DNA of 64,000 bases from a virus (IMGVR_UViG_3300042451_000707:2385-66384); one strand, 5' to 3'; positions 30,308 to 41,007 are shown, counted from the stretch's first letter. Translations and numbers: made by a program. The notes: generated from the letters alone by a model not told the origin.

Positions 30308-32059
30308 ATGGATATAAGTTTGGAAACAAAAGCAATGACTATTCTTGAAACCTATGAGGGTGGTAATAATTATATATTAGGATTAAAAAGAAAATCTCAA
30401 GTAAATAAGAAATTTTACCCTACAAGGAGTCAATCGGAGTATGTCATTTCATTTCACGATAAACAACCAAAGATTGCAAAAAAATGGGTAATATTAGATT
30501 CTTATTTCGCCCAAAAACTTGCCGACGATAAATTATACACCGAAATTCCTCAAAAAGTTTGGGTTGAGAAGTTGTTGGCAGATAAAGAAAAATCTTATCA
30601 CATTTGGGGTAAAGTTTTTGAAAATGAAGAATTGTCCGATTTTTGGTTACCGAAAGGAGCCATCATTAAAGATAATTCAGTTCAAAATGTTGTTGTTGAT
30701 TATTCAAAATATTCTCATAGACCTCCATTGGAACACCAAAAAGAAGCAATCCAAAAATTACTTGAAAACAAAAAGTTTATATTGGCAGATGATATGGGTT
30801 TGGGTAAAACAACCTCAACAATCATTGGGGCGTTAGAAAGTGGGTCTAAAAAAATATTGATTATTTGTCCGGCAACATTGAAAATTAACTGGAAACGAGA
30901 AATTGAAAATTATTCTGACAGGTCAATTTTTATTGCTGAAAGTAAAAATTTCTCAACGGAACACGATTTTGTTATTGCAAATTATGACATTATAAAAAAT
31001 TTCCATGACCCAAAAAATAAAGAGGAGTCGTTAATTCTTAATTCCAAATTTGATTTGGTTATTGTAGATGAAGCCCATTATATTAAAAACGCAACCGCTC
31101 AAAGAACAAAACTTATTAATGACCTTGTTAAAAACACTGAAAGATTGTGGTTATTAACTGGTACACCAATGACTTCAAGACCGATGGATTATTTTAATTT
31201 ATTGAGTTTGGTGGATTCTCCGGTTAGTAAAAACTGGATGGCCTATGCAATAAGATATTGTGCCGGTTATCAATTCAAAGTTGGAAACCGAAAAGTTTGG
31301 AATATTACAGGTGCGTCAAATCTTGAGGAATTAAGGGAAAGAACATCGGGAACCATTTTGAGAAGATTGAAAGAAAATGTTCTTGACTTACCTGATAAAA
31401 TTATAACTCCGGTTTATTTGAAATTGAAATCCAAAGCGTATGAAGATGTGATGGGCGAATATTATGATTGGTATGATAAAAATCCTGAGGAGTCCAAATC
31501 TTTAACCGTTCAATTCTCAAAGTTAACAAAAGTTAGACAAATTATTGCAGATGAAAAAATACATCAAACAATTGAAATTGCTGAAAACATTATTGAACAA
31601 GGTAAAAAAGTTATCATCTTTTGTAACTTTACGGATTCTTTAAATAAAATTTTGGAACACTTTGGAAAAATCGCAGTTAAACTTGATGGGTCAATGTCTC
31701 AACACGAAAGACAATTTAGTGTCGACCAATTTCAAGAAAATGAAAAGATTAAAGTTTTTGTTGGTAATATTAAGGCGGCCGGAACCGGAATTACCTTAAC
31801 TGCCGGTGAAGCGGCAATTTTCAACGATTTATCATTTTTACCTTCAGACCACGCCCAAGCCGAAGATAGAAGTTATAGATATGGTCAAAAAAATAATGTT
31901 TTGGTTTACTATCCTATTTTCGAAAACAGCATTGAAGGAATAATTTATGATATCTTAAATAATAAAAAACAAGTCATTGAGACCGTTATGGGTGACAGGG
32001 TTAATAAGGCCGACGCCGCGGAAGAAATCCTAAAAAGAATTAATGATTTGCGAAAATAG
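30308..32059 (+). CDS. SNF2-family ATPase/helicase (SMARCAL1/HARP-like)
   Basis: LADDMGLGKT, DEAH, LTGTP, LRRLK, GITLT, QAEDRSYRYGQ. Confidence 0.93.
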   Translation: MDISLETKAMTILETYEGGNNYILGLKRKSQVNKKFYPTRSQSEYVISFHDKQPKIAKKWVILDSYFAQKLADDKLYTEIPQKVWVEKLLADKEKSYHIWGKVFENEELSDFWLPKGAIIKDNSVQNVVVDYSKYSHRPPLEHQKEAIQKLLENKKFILADDMGLGKTTSTIIGALESGSKKILIICPATLKINWKREIENYSDRSIFIAESKNFSTEHDFVIANYDIIKNFHDPKNKEESLILNSKFDLVIVDEAHYIKNATAQRTKLINDLVKNTERLWLLTGTPMTSRPMDYFNLLSLVDSPVSKNWMAYAIRYCAGYQFKVGNRKVWNITGASNLEELRERTSGTILRRLKENVLDLPDKIITPVYLKLKSKAYEDVMGEYYDWYDKNPEESKSLTVQFSKLTKVRQIIADEKIHQTIEIAENIIEQGKKVIIFCNFTDSLNKILEHFGKIAVKLDGSMSQHERQFSVDQFQENEKIKVFVGNIKAAGTGITLTAGEAAIFNDLSFLPSDHAQAEDRSYRYGQKNNVLVYYPIFENSIEGIIYDILNNKKQVIETVMGDRVNKADAAEEILKRINDLRK

Positions 32060-32101
32060 TAAATTACAGATTATTTATTATAAAATGAATAATCGAATTA
32101 T

Positions 32102-33634
32102 ATGAAAAAAACCGAAAAGAAAATTCAAGAACTTGAAAAAAAGATTCTCGAAAACCACATAGTTGAAGAATCCAAGTTATTGATAACTGAAATGAAAAAA
32201 ATAGGGATAGAAAAATTACCTTACGCCTATTCAGCCTTGAAATCGTTTATCGATGCAGAAACAATGGAAATCCATTATTCCAAACATTATAAAGGATATG
32301 TGGATAAACTAAACGCCGCTTTATCAAAAAAGAAATATGGTGATTTAGATTTGGAAAAAATAATTAAAACAATCAGCCGTTTCGACAAAACTATTAGAAA
32401 TAATGCCGGAGGTGCATTTAATCACGCATTGTTTTGGAATTTCCTGACACCTGAACCAACAAAATTACAAGGAGAACTTTATAAAAAAATCACAAAACAA
32501 TGGGGAACATTCACCAACTTCAAAAAAGAATTTGAAAAACAAGCCAAAGAGCGTTTTGGTTCAGGTTGGGTATGGTTGATTTTAACTTCCAAAAATACAT
32601 TAAAGATTATGTCTACTCCAAACCAAGACAATCCATTAATGAATGTGATTGAAGGTGGGGGATTTCCTTTATTAGGTTTGGACTTATGGGAACATGCTTA
32701 TTACTTAAAATATAAAAACAAACGAGACGAATACATTACAAACTTTTGGAAAGTCGTTAATTGGGATTTTGTTACCAAGATGTATGAGATGAAGACAAAA
32801 ACAAAGTTAATTGAATCTGAAATTAAAAAATCTGTTTTATTTGAAGGTCGTTCAGATTATATCAGAATGTGTACAGATGAAGATAACGAATTTTTCCAAA
32901 ACCTACTTAGTAGAGAAGAAATAAGGTCAATCTATGGTAAAGGAATTTACCAAGCGTTATTTAAAGTTCCTTGGTTAGAATTTAGAAAAAAAGATTTATC
33001 AATCAACAGAATGCAAGGTTTTTATAAAGATGGGGAAAGACACAATATTAGTTACTTAGCGGGGAACCATAGAGCTTTTTGTATGATTGTTAAAAGTGTT
33101 AACGAAATATTAAAACAAAGCGGACAACCTAAAATATTTCTCAAAGATAAATCTCCTGAAGAACAAGTAGTAGGGGTTAAAAGATTAATTGATATTTTAG
33201 TTAAAAACGCACCAAAAATATTTGACGAAAACAATCCATTTTTTCAAGCAATCATGACAAACTTAGGACAGAGTATTATAAAGGGAGACAAGGTTGAAAA
33301 AGTTAGTGAAATCAGATTGTCTAAAAAATTTGGTCGAGAAAATGTCAAAATTGAAAGTGGTTTTGGTTTAGATACGGATGCTTCCGAAGGGTTAGATGGT
33401 ACTATTAAAATTGGTGGTAATATATATAAATGTCAAATAAAACCTTATAAAACTTCTTTTATTGAAGATGGTAAACTTGTTGTGTTAACTAGTAGTACTG
33501 TTAGTAATTATAAAGTAGATTTTATGATATTCTCGAATACACAAAATACTTTAGTAATAAAAACCCAAAATACAGAATTAGGGGTTAATACATATATGTT
33601 TCCACCTGAAGATTTAATTTACACATTAACATGA
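32102..33634 (+). CDS. Mn/Fe superoxide dismutase with about 280 aa C-terminal extension
   Basis: HYSKHYKGYV, NNAGGAFNHALFW, FGSGWVWL, TPNQD, LGLDLWEHAYY (all four metal ligands; GG and Q signatures suggest Mn type). Confidence 0.92.
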   Translation: MKKTEKKIQELEKKILENHIVEESKLLITEMKKIGIEKLPYAYSALKSFIDAETMEIHYSKHYKGYVDKLNAALSKKKYGDLDLEKIIKTISRFDKTIRNNAGGAFNHALFWNFLTPEPTKLQGELYKKITKQWGTFTNFKKEFEKQAKERFGSGWVWLILTSKNTLKIMSTPNQDNPLMNVIEGGGFPLLGLDLWEHAYYLKYKNKRDEYITNFWKVVNWDFVTKMYEMKTKTKLIESEIKKSVLFEGRSDYIRMCTDEDNEFFQNLLSREEIRSIYGKGIYQALFKVPWLEFRKKDLSINRMQGFYKDGERHNISYLAGNHRAFCMIVKSVNEILKQSGQPKIFLKDKSPEEQVVGVKRLIDILVKNAPKIFDENNPFFQAIMTNLGQSIIKGDKVEKVSEIRLSKKFGRENVKIESGFGLDTDASEGLDGTIKIGGNIYKCQIKPYKTSFIEDGKLVVLTSSTVSNYKVDFMIFSNTQNTLVIKTQNTELGVNTYMFPPEDLIYTLT

Positions 33635-33656
33635 TATTTATAGATAAAATAATCTT

Positions 33657-34778
33657 ATGTCAGTAATTCCAGAACCGGAAAGGTCAAAAATTTATACAAG
33701 AGTAAAACACTTATTGGGAGCACCAATTAGAAGTGTTGAGATTGAAGATGAAATGATGGATTCATTAATGGAACTATCTATTCAAGATTACGAACAATAT
33801 ATTTTGAATTGGTTAATCGATAGTCAATGGGTTAATTTAGTTAATTTGAATATGACTGAAAAGTCTGTTGCAAATGCTTTAATTACTAGGACTATGGATT
33901 TTGAACAACAATTTTCATATTCATATTCTAAAATCGTAGGCCTACAATCACAAGGCCCTTGGGTATTAAAGAAAGACTACATAATACTTGAACAAAATAA
34001 ACAAGATTATGAAATACCTGCAGGTCGTGAAATTAATGAAGTATTATGGTTTAGTAATCAACCTTGGACAGCATTTGGACTTGGTGGTGTTGGTGGTTTT
34101 GGTGGTGTCGGTTTAGGAGCGAATGAGGCAGGGTTTGCTCAAATGGGATATCAAGGCTCATATTTTATGATGTCCGGATTTGACTATTTGATAAGAATGC
34201 AAGAAGCAAATATATTAAATAGAATACTTGGGGGTTCCCTTACTTATAGAATTACTGCATTACCGGACGGAAAGAAAAATTTACAACTTTATAACGCTCC
34301 GGGTAATAACTTTAATTGGAGTCAGTATAGTAACTATGTGGGTAAAGCGGTATGGTATTGGTATTATGATACTACACCTGATAGTAGAGCAGATTGTTTA
34401 AAGAACAATCCTGACGTTATTAAATTACCGACAGATGTTCCACTTGAGGAGTTAACTTGGTCTGATTTAAATGTTCCTGCAAAACAATGGGTTAGAAGAT
34501 GGTTCACCGCATACGTTAAAGAAACATTGGGTAGAGTTAGAGGAAAGTATAGTGGTAATTTAAAAACACCTGATTCCGAAATCACGATGGATTATACAAG
34601 TTTATTAACTGAGGGTAAAGATGAAAAAACAAAGTTGATGGAAGAACTCACTGGTCCTGAAGGTTGGTTAACAAGATTAAGACCTGAGAAAGTGATGGAG
34701 AAAGAAGCATTACTTGCTGAAAATTTAAACAAACAAATGAAATTTAGAGCAATGCCTCGTCAAATATATGTAATTTAA
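33657..34778 (+). CDS. Neck / head-tail adaptor protein (gp13-like)
   Basis: LGAPIRSVEIED, WVRRWFTAYVKETLGRVRGKYSG. Confidence 0.7.
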   Translation: MSVIPEPERSKIYTRVKHLLGAPIRSVEIEDEMMDSLMELSIQDYEQYILNWLIDSQWVNLVNLNMTEKSVANALITRTMDFEQQFSYSYSKIVGLQSQGPWVLKKDYIILEQNKQDYEIPAGREINEVLWFSNQPWTAFGLGGVGGFGGVGLGANEAGFAQMGYQGSYFMMSGFDYLIRMQEANILNRILGGSLTYRITALPDGKKNLQLYNAPGNNFNWSQYSNYVGKAVWYWYYDTTPDSRADCLKNNPDVIKLPTDVPLEELTWSDLNVPAKQWVRRWFTAYVKETLGRVRGKYSGNLKTPDSEITMDYTSLLTEGKDEKTKLMEELTGPEGWLTRLRPEKVMEKEALLAENLNKQMKFRAMPRQIYVI

Positions 34779-34781
34779 TTT

Positions 34782-35117
34782 ATGGGAATTTTAAGAACAA
34801 TACCTTCAAAAAGATTAATTAACGGAGAATTTATTGAAACCTCTGAGGTTGCCGTAATATCCGAAAGTGAATATAAAACAAGTGGTGAAGGTTGTATAGT
34901 GGTTAGAAATGTGTTGAAATCTGTGATAATATTAGATTCGACAACTACAGACCACATCGTGGTTAAATCAATGACTGATGTCACAATAAAACCCGATGTG
35001 GGTAAAATAGATGAAGAATTCGATGAAGTGGTTGCCGACAAATATGCTTGTATTGAATTTAGATTTTGTGCCGGCAACTGGTATATTTTATCGAGTGACG
35101 GTTTAAAGGGTTCCTAA
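34782..35117 (+). CDS. Hypothetical beta-rich protein
   Basis: 111 aa, 3 nt downstream of the neck gene. Confidence 0.65.
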   Translation: MGILRTIPSKRLINGEFIETSEVAVISESEYKTSGEGCIVVRNVLKSVIILDSTTTDHIVVKSMTDVTIKPDVGKIDEEFDEVVADKYACIEFRFCAGNWYILSSDGLKGS

Positions 35118-37829
35118 TAATTTTTCTTTCCATCCCTCTTCCGCCAAATCATACATATAGTATGGGTTCAAACCTCTTTTTTCCCAATATAACATTTCAG
35201 CATCACTAATTTTAAAAACATCTTCCTCTAATCTATCTTGGTCTGATTCTTCAAATGGTTCGCCATTAATTAATTCACATTGTGCGGTGGTAAAGATACC
35301 TCTTTTATCCGGTTCATTAACAATTAAGTTATTTCTCACTTCTTCTTTGAAACAAACCAATAATGGTTCAATTCTCTTATTAAAAGTTGTGATAGCTCTT
35401 GGAACATTATAATCACCAGTCAAATCAGGATTATTATCCAAAATATCTTTATCTAACATATAACAATTTATTTGAACCCCATCTCCCTTTTTCTGAACGT
35501 CTCCGTGCGATGCTTTAACACCATTATTAACATACATTATTACATCACCCAAACTCACCTTTAAATTCGATGCCATTGCTAATTCCATATGAGCCATTCT
35601 ACTCATACTATTACCCGCCTTAGTCTTCTCTGTTAATCGTTTTTTATAATCTTCGATAGTTAACTTCACCTTTGCTCTTTGAGCTATCTTACTTAAAGGA
35701 ATTTGTTTATCATAAATCTTTTGTAGATACTCATAATAATATTCAACAAATGACTTACCATCACCCTCCAATAACATTTTGATACCCTTATCCAAAAACG
35801 CCTCAATATACAATGGTAATTTTTTAGATTTGATACTATTACCCGTCAATTTGATTTTACCTTTAGCGTCCATAACCGCATAGTTCTTACGAGCCAAGTT
35901 AATACAAGACGGCCAAACACCATCCGTATCTAACGCCATTTCACCTCTCATAAAGATATCGTTATATTCCGCAACATCAGCTTCGGGGCCATAATATTCT
36001 TTACCTAACTTAACTTTCCAATTTAATCCACGACCAACATAAACTCGGTCTTTTGCTTCAGGTGGGGTAGAGAAGTTCACACCGTCCGTATCCATCACCA
36101 ATGGAACATATCCTTTAGTCATAAAGAATACAATCATTTGACGAAGATATTGTCGACCAGTACAAGTGATTTGTTCTCCCATATACATATCACCCCAAGC
36201 AAATACCTGTGGTGCCGATAATGCACCAAACATTGAGTTAATGAATATCTTAATCGGTAATTGCTTGTTACCATAAGACTCGGATTTCTTCTTATCGGTT
36301 TCATAATATTCTTCCGCAAGTTGTTTGTATTTAATACGAGTGTTACGGAAATAAGTTAACATTCCTTTCATCGCACCAGTAACATCACAATCAGGAAACA
36401 CATCGTGAACCAACTGAATTGATGGATATAGAGACGAGAAGTCAAGTTTAAGAACATCCTTGGAGTATCCCACTTTAAGTAATCTTGAAAGACCTCCCAC
36501 GAAGTCTGTTTTACCTTGTTTCGCCGGGATAGCCAATCCATGTTTATAAGACCAAGCCAACATCAACATCTTCCAAAGTGTGGCAGTTCCCATAGTAGAA
36601 ACTCTCTCATAGGTTGTTGGAATCATCGCCGCAAGTAAGAATGAACCTTGATTAAACTCTTGGTCAACTTTTAAGGTTTCATCCAAGTCATCGTCGAGAT
36701 ATCTCTCCACAAGGTTGTCTCCGGTTGTCTTAACATAAACATCTTTTCTACCTTCACATATCTCATCAATCTTTGGGTCTTGTCCTACTTTTCGGTAATT
36801 ACCATTTTGGGTGTTTAACCAATACTCTTCTTTTTTTACATAGAATGGCCCAATATCCAAGTGGTCAATATAAACCCGACTTGGTGATTCGGCATTGATG
36901 TATTTGGTAATATACTTCAAACCTGCAGCCTTGATACTTGAGTTGATTGCTTGAGCCCTACGAACCGCATGGATAATATCGATAACATTGTAACCCCAAA
37001 TTGAAGTTTGAGTAAAATTCTCAACCTCATTTGCTAATTTCAACATACCATCTTTTCTTGTAAATGAATGGTCGGGGTGTAATGACCTACATATTTTCTT
37101 GGGGTCAATTCCCAAGATATTACATCTTTCAAATATCCAATGCCAGTCGAAGTTTGCTGAATTATATCCTCCAATGATACTTGGTTTGAGTTCGTTGATG
37201 ACCTTAAAGAATTCAATGATGGCGTTCTTTTCTTCCGCCTCATCCATACATTCAATAACTTTGTGGTATCCTTTATTGGTTTTGATTCCAATCATAAATA
37301 TACGACCATCCTTTGGTTCAAGAGCGGTCGTCTCTAAGTCGAATACAAGACGGGTAACCTCATCGTAGTTCTCAAATCCTTTGAAAAGTCTTTTCTCTTT
37401 GGAGATTAAGTATTGTTCCACCGGAGGTAAAATCATAACCCTATCTTTGGTCTTTTCTCCCCACGGGTCACAACCACCCTCTCTAAAAAATTGAATGAGT
37501 TCTCGGTATCCTTTAAGAGATTTAACGATATATGTTAATCCTTTTTCTAATCTTTCATTACCTTGTGTTTGTAATTTTTCTATAACAATACCATGTTTGG
37601 TCATTGCTTCTTTCTGAGCACCTTTGGAGTCATTGTAGAATTTAATTCCACGCAAATCTCCAACCCAAGCGAATGGGGTAAATGTGTCTTTACGGATTTC
37701 TTTTCCTTTTCCAGGTATCTCCTTGATTTTGTATATACAATTTTCACGATAATCGTATTCAATTGCTACAATAAATTCTTCAGGGTCGTTACCATGTAAG
37801 AATGCTTCTATTTCTTCGTTTGATATCAT
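35103..37829 (-). CDS. Family B DNA polymerase
   Basis: Exonuclease motifs FDLETT and GYNSANFD; polymerase motifs LDFSSLYPS, KIFINSMFG, MDTDG, RKNY. Confidence 0.96.
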   Translation of the reverse strand: MISNEEIEAFLHGNDPEEFIVAIEYDYRENCIYKIKEIPGKGKEIRKDTFTPFAWVGDLRGIKFYNDSKGAQKEAMTKHGIVIEKLQTQGNERLEKGLTYIVKSLKGYRELIQFFREGGCDPWGEKTKDRVMILPPVEQYLISKEKRLFKGFENYDEVTRLVFDLETTALEPKDGRIFMIGIKTNKGYHKVIECMDEAEEKNAIIEFFKVINELKPSIIGGYNSANFDWHWIFERCNILGIDPKKICRSLHPDHSFTRKDGMLKLANEVENFTQTSIWGYNVIDIIHAVRRAQAINSSIKAAGLKYITKYINAESPSRVYIDHLDIGPFYVKKEEYWLNTQNGNYRKVGQDPKIDEICEGRKDVYVKTTGDNLVERYLDDDLDETLKVDQEFNQGSFLLAAMIPTTYERVSTMGTATLWKMLMLAWSYKHGLAIPAKQGKTDFVGGLSRLLKVGYSKDVLKLDFSSLYPSIQLVHDVFPDCDVTGAMKGMLTYFRNTRIKYKQLAEEYYETDKKKSESYGNKQLPIKIFINSMFGALSAPQVFAWGDMYMGEQITCTGRQYLRQMIVFFMTKGYVPLVMDTDGVNFSTPPEAKDRVYVGRGLNWKVKLGKEYYGPEADVAEYNDIFMRGEMALDTDGVWPSCINLARKNYAVMDAKGKIKLTGNSIKSKKLPLYIEAFLDKGIKMLLEGDGKSFVEYYYEYLQKIYDKQIPLSKIAQRAKVKLTIEDYKKRLTEKTKAGNSMSRMAHMELAMASNLKVSLGDVIMYVNNGVKASHGDVQKKGDGVQINCYMLDKDILDNNPDLTGDYNVPRAITTFNKRIEPLLVCFKEEVRNNLIVNEPDKRGIFTTAQCELINGEPFEESDQDRLEEDVFKISDAEMLYWEKRGLNPYYMYDLAEEGWKEKLLGTL

Positions 37830-37920
37830 ATTTTATAATTTTGAGTGGTTCATTAGCTTTCACACCATCGTGAAATTTACCTTTCTCTCTAAATATAAAA
37901 TAAAATTTTTAGTAATCAAA

Positions 37921-38298
37921 CTAGCAACAAGCTGTTTCCGAAATAAAACTTGGTTGGATATTGATGTATAATTTTTCTCTGATTGGTAGTATTAAATTTC
38001 CCTCGTCGTTCTTTATAAGAAATTCCCCAATATACCTTCCGGGTGTATTTGTATCTCTTGAACTGAATTGGAAATAAACATAATATTCAGGAGGAGAACC
38101 TTCAGGTAATATTAAAGGAACAATCCCACAAGGTGCTGAAACTATTTTTGGAACACCGGTTTCAACATCAATCATTGTAAAGAAGATTGTAGATACTTCT
38201 AAATCTTGCATCAATTGTTGATACCCTGCTCGACCGTCCTTTACGACCATCATTTTCAAAACGGGTAAGGTTGCTCGTTCCTTGATATAAAACTCCAT
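37921..38298 (-). CDS. Hypothetical Ig-like structural protein (BppU-N-like)
   Basis: FYIKERATLP...YFQFSSRDTNTPGRYIGEF...ILP pattern; TATTTAT upstream. Confidence 0.55.
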   Translation of the reverse strand: MEFYIKERATLPVLKMMVVKDGRAGYQQLMQDLEVSTIFFTMIDVETGVPKIVSAPCGIVPLILPEGSPPEYYVYFQFSSRDTNTPGRYIGEFLIKNDEGNLILPIREKLYINIQPSFISETACC

Positions 38299-38394
38299 TT
38301 AATTTGTTTTTATTATAAATACTTGACTTACTGAAAATATTTAATTATTATTATTTGGTATGACTTTTCATACTTTACAAGATATTTATATTAT

Positions 38395-38547
38395 ATGAAA
38401 CCAAGAAAAAAAGAAGAAGAAAAAAAAGTTAAATTCGCAATTAGTTTAGACCCTAAATTATTTAAACGAATGGAGGATGAAATAATAAATAAATCAGGAC
38501 TGATTGAAAAATTATTAAAAGAGTATTATGGAAAAAAAGATTTGTAG
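38395..38547 (+). CDS. Small ribbon-helix-helix-like protein overlapping the HNH gene (absent from the ORF track)
   Basis: 50 aa MKPRKKEEEKKVKFAISLDPKLFKRMEDEIINKSGLIEKLLKEYYGKKDL; CopG/Arc-like ISLD...NKSxLIE pattern. Confidence 0.65.
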   Translation: MKPRKKEEEKKVKFAISLDPKLFKRMEDEIINKSGLIEKLLKEYYGKKDL

Positions 38548-39325
38548 TAAATGTAAAGAAGAAAAAAATTTATGTGATTTTAATAAATGTTCGAGAAGTA
38601 AATTGGGGGTACAATCTTCATGTAAAGAATGTCGTAGAAAAAATAGAAAAAAAACATTTGAAAAAGATAAAATACGTCATCAGAAATGGAAAACCAATAA
38701 TAACGATTATGTGAAAGAATATAACAAAAAGTATTATATTGATAACATTGAAAAAATTAAAGAAACCCAATTAAATTATTACGAAAAAAATAAACAAACT
38801 ATTAGTAATTGGAGCAAACATCACTATACCAATAATCGTGAAAAAATTAAGGATAGATGTAAAATCTATAGAATTAAAAATAAAGAAAAAATAAAACTTT
38901 ACTTCATAGAATACAGATTAAATAATCAATTAAAAATTAAAGAAAAAAAGATAAAATTTAAGGAAAAAAATCCAAATTATCATACAGATTATTCTAAAAA
39001 ACGAAGAAAATTAGACATTAATTACAAATTAACGATAATGGTTAGAGGTAGAGTTAATAAGTTTCTCAAATCAAAAAATATAACAAAAACCAATAAAACA
39101 TTTGATATCGTTGGTTGTACTCCCGAATTTCTTAAAGAACATTTAGAACAACAATTCACGGAAGGAATGTCTTGGGATAATCAGGGTAAATGGCACATTG
39201 ACCACATCATTCCACTATCATCAGCAAAAACCGAAGAAGAAATTTATAAACTTTGTCATTATACAAATCTTCAACCACTATGGGCTGAAGATAATTTGAA
39301 TAAAGGTTGTAAAATATTAAATTAA
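38528..39325 (+). CDS. Free-standing HNH homing endonuclease
   Basis: N-terminal CSKC...CKEC zinc finger, Lys-rich helical repeats, WHIDHIIPLS...HYTNLQPLWAEDNLNKG. Confidence 0.88.
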   Translation: MEKKICSKCKEEKNLCDFNKCSRSKLGVQSSCKECRRKNRKKTFEKDKIRHQKWKTNNNDYVKEYNKKYYIDNIEKIKETQLNYYEKNKQTISNWSKHHYTNNREKIKDRCKIYRIKNKEKIKLYFIEYRLNNQLKIKEKKIKFKEKNPNYHTDYSKKRRKLDINYKLTIMVRGRVNKFLKSKNITKTNKTFDIVGCTPEFLKEHLEQQFTEGMSWDNQGKWHIDHIIPLSSAKTEEEIYKLCHYTNLQPLWAEDNLNKGCKILN

Positions 39326-41007
39326 GATTCTTTTCTTAATTCTGCAGAATAAAATTCATATCGGTGGTGTTCTATTGGTGTTAATAATAACAATCCAGGG
39401 TTTATATTACCTTTTACTGTTTCTTGGTAAGAATATGACATGAGGGTTTGTTCATAAGGATGGGCCCATTTAGTTTCTAAATAACACTTATAATTACCTT
39501 CTTTTGTTAATACAATTGGCCAATTACACAAATAGATTTCACCATTAATATACGGTAACCCTTTATGAGTTTGAATGTTTTTAAATTTAGTTCTTGGTGC
39601 ATTTGGGTCTAAACCTTGAATGGGTAAAGTAGGTTTTTCAGGGAAAAGTTCTCTTCTCTTGTCTTGAGGTAGATTATACCATGAAAATTGAATATCGTTC
39701 GAACCGTAGAATTCACTAAAAGATAATTTTAAAAAATCAAAATTTTCTTTTTTAATAATTTCTAATGATTTCTGATAAAGATTATCAACATATCGATTAA
39801 ACCCATTTCGACATACTTCACCTTTTTTTGGATATAAATTCATATCATCTTCGAACCAATAATAAAAATCTAAATCAGTTTCGTTAAAATGTTCTGCAAC
39901 AAACACTCTACCCCCAACAATTCCTAAATTATCTTTTTTAATGTGTTCAAAACCATATTCTTCACAAAGTTCTTGGTATCTTGGTGTTGTTGTTAAATCA
40001 GTTGAATTATCAAGTAAAAACTTTTTTGGTTTAAGAATAAAGTCCTTATCATATTCCAACATTGACTTAACTAAGGTTTCAAATTGGTTTGGACTATTAA
40101 ATGTTATCACATAAAGACCCACATTATCAATACTTGTTTTTGATGATTTATTTATCTTAACAAACTCTTCATTATATCGTTTAAGTTCCTCAAAAAACGG
40201 CCAAACAAGACCATTACCTTCAATATCGTACTTGTAAATTAAATTTGGGTAGGTGTGCGTTAATATTGTGAAAAAACATTCATCAGCCCCCATATAACCA
40301 CTTTTTAAAGTATTTTCCATAATAGAATAATACAATGTATTAAGTTGATGTATTACATCTTTTTCTCCACCAAAAAAACCTCCACGACAAACATAACCAA
40401 CATACTCAGTATTACAATATTTTGCCATTGCCGTTCTTTCAAATCCATGTATTTCAGTATTACCTTCATATGGATATGCTAAATGAACATATTTTATATC
40501 TTTTTGAGACATAAAATTACCTAAATTATTTAAAACTAAATCTTTTTGGAAGTACCCTTTATTTACGGTATTTGTTAATCCACCGTCTATCCAATAGAAA
40601 TACTTACTATTAAATGGATTAGTAATTGCCGAATCATTTAACATAAACATTTTGGTAAACATCATTGCGTTATACGATTCTAATGCCGCTTGAGGGGATT
40701 CTCGTAACCATCCGGCTTGAGATAACCAATTCTCATTTTTTCTAATTTCTTGAATCTTACTAAAGAAAGGGTTCCAAGTTTCAAAATCACTTACTTCTTT
40801 AATGAAAATTCGTGTTGGTTTATCCGCACGAATTTTTTCAACTTCAGATTTTAATTCGGATGGTATCCAAATACACATTTGAACATCTACCTCTAACATT
40901 TCAAAAAAACGTTCTTTATAGTAATTAAAATCTCTTTTTGCCCAAGAGTTCAAATGTTCTCGACCTAAATCCCAAAGACCGGTAACAATAGTAATATCCG
41001 TATTCAT
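39322..41007 (-). CDS. Two-domain glycosyltransferase (HtrL/YibB-like plus GT-A-like)
   Basis: ITIVTGLWDLGR, YFYWIDGG, RGGFFGG; second domain LYVITFN...YYWFEDD. Confidence 0.7.
   Translation of the reverse strand: MNTDITIVTGLWDLGREHLNSWAKRDFNYYKERFFEMLEVDVQMCIWIPSELKSEVEKIRADKPTRIFIKEVSDFETWNPFFSKIQEIRKNENWLSQAGWLRESPQAALESYNAMMFTKMFMLNDSAITNPFNSKYFYWIDGGLTNTVNKGYFQKDLVLNNLGNFMSQKDIKYVHLAYPYEGNTEIHGFERTAMAKYCNTEYVGYVCRGGFFGGEKDVIHQLNTLYYSIMENTLKSGYMGADECFFTILTHTYPNLIYKYDIEGNGLVWPFFEELKRYNEEFVKINKSSKTSIDNVGLYVITFNSPNQFETLVKSMLEYDKDFILKPKKFLLDNSTDLTTTPRYQELCEEYGFEHIKKDNLGIVGGRVFVAEHFNETDLDFYYWFEDDMNLYPKKGEVCRNGFNRYVDNLYQKSLEIIKKENFDFLKLSFSEFYGSNDIQFSWYNLPQDKRRELFPEKPTLPIQGLDPNAPRTKFKNIQTHKGLPYINGEIYLCNWPIVLTKEGNYKCYLETKWAHPYEQTLMSYSYQETVKGNINPGLLLLTPIEHHRYEFYSAELRKES

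Noticed and set aside
35103-37829. Intein or intron in the DNA polymerase, helicase, RecA or nrdB
   Set aside because: Lengths and motif spacing are compatible with uninterrupted proteins; no C...HN splice motifs or split ORFs seen
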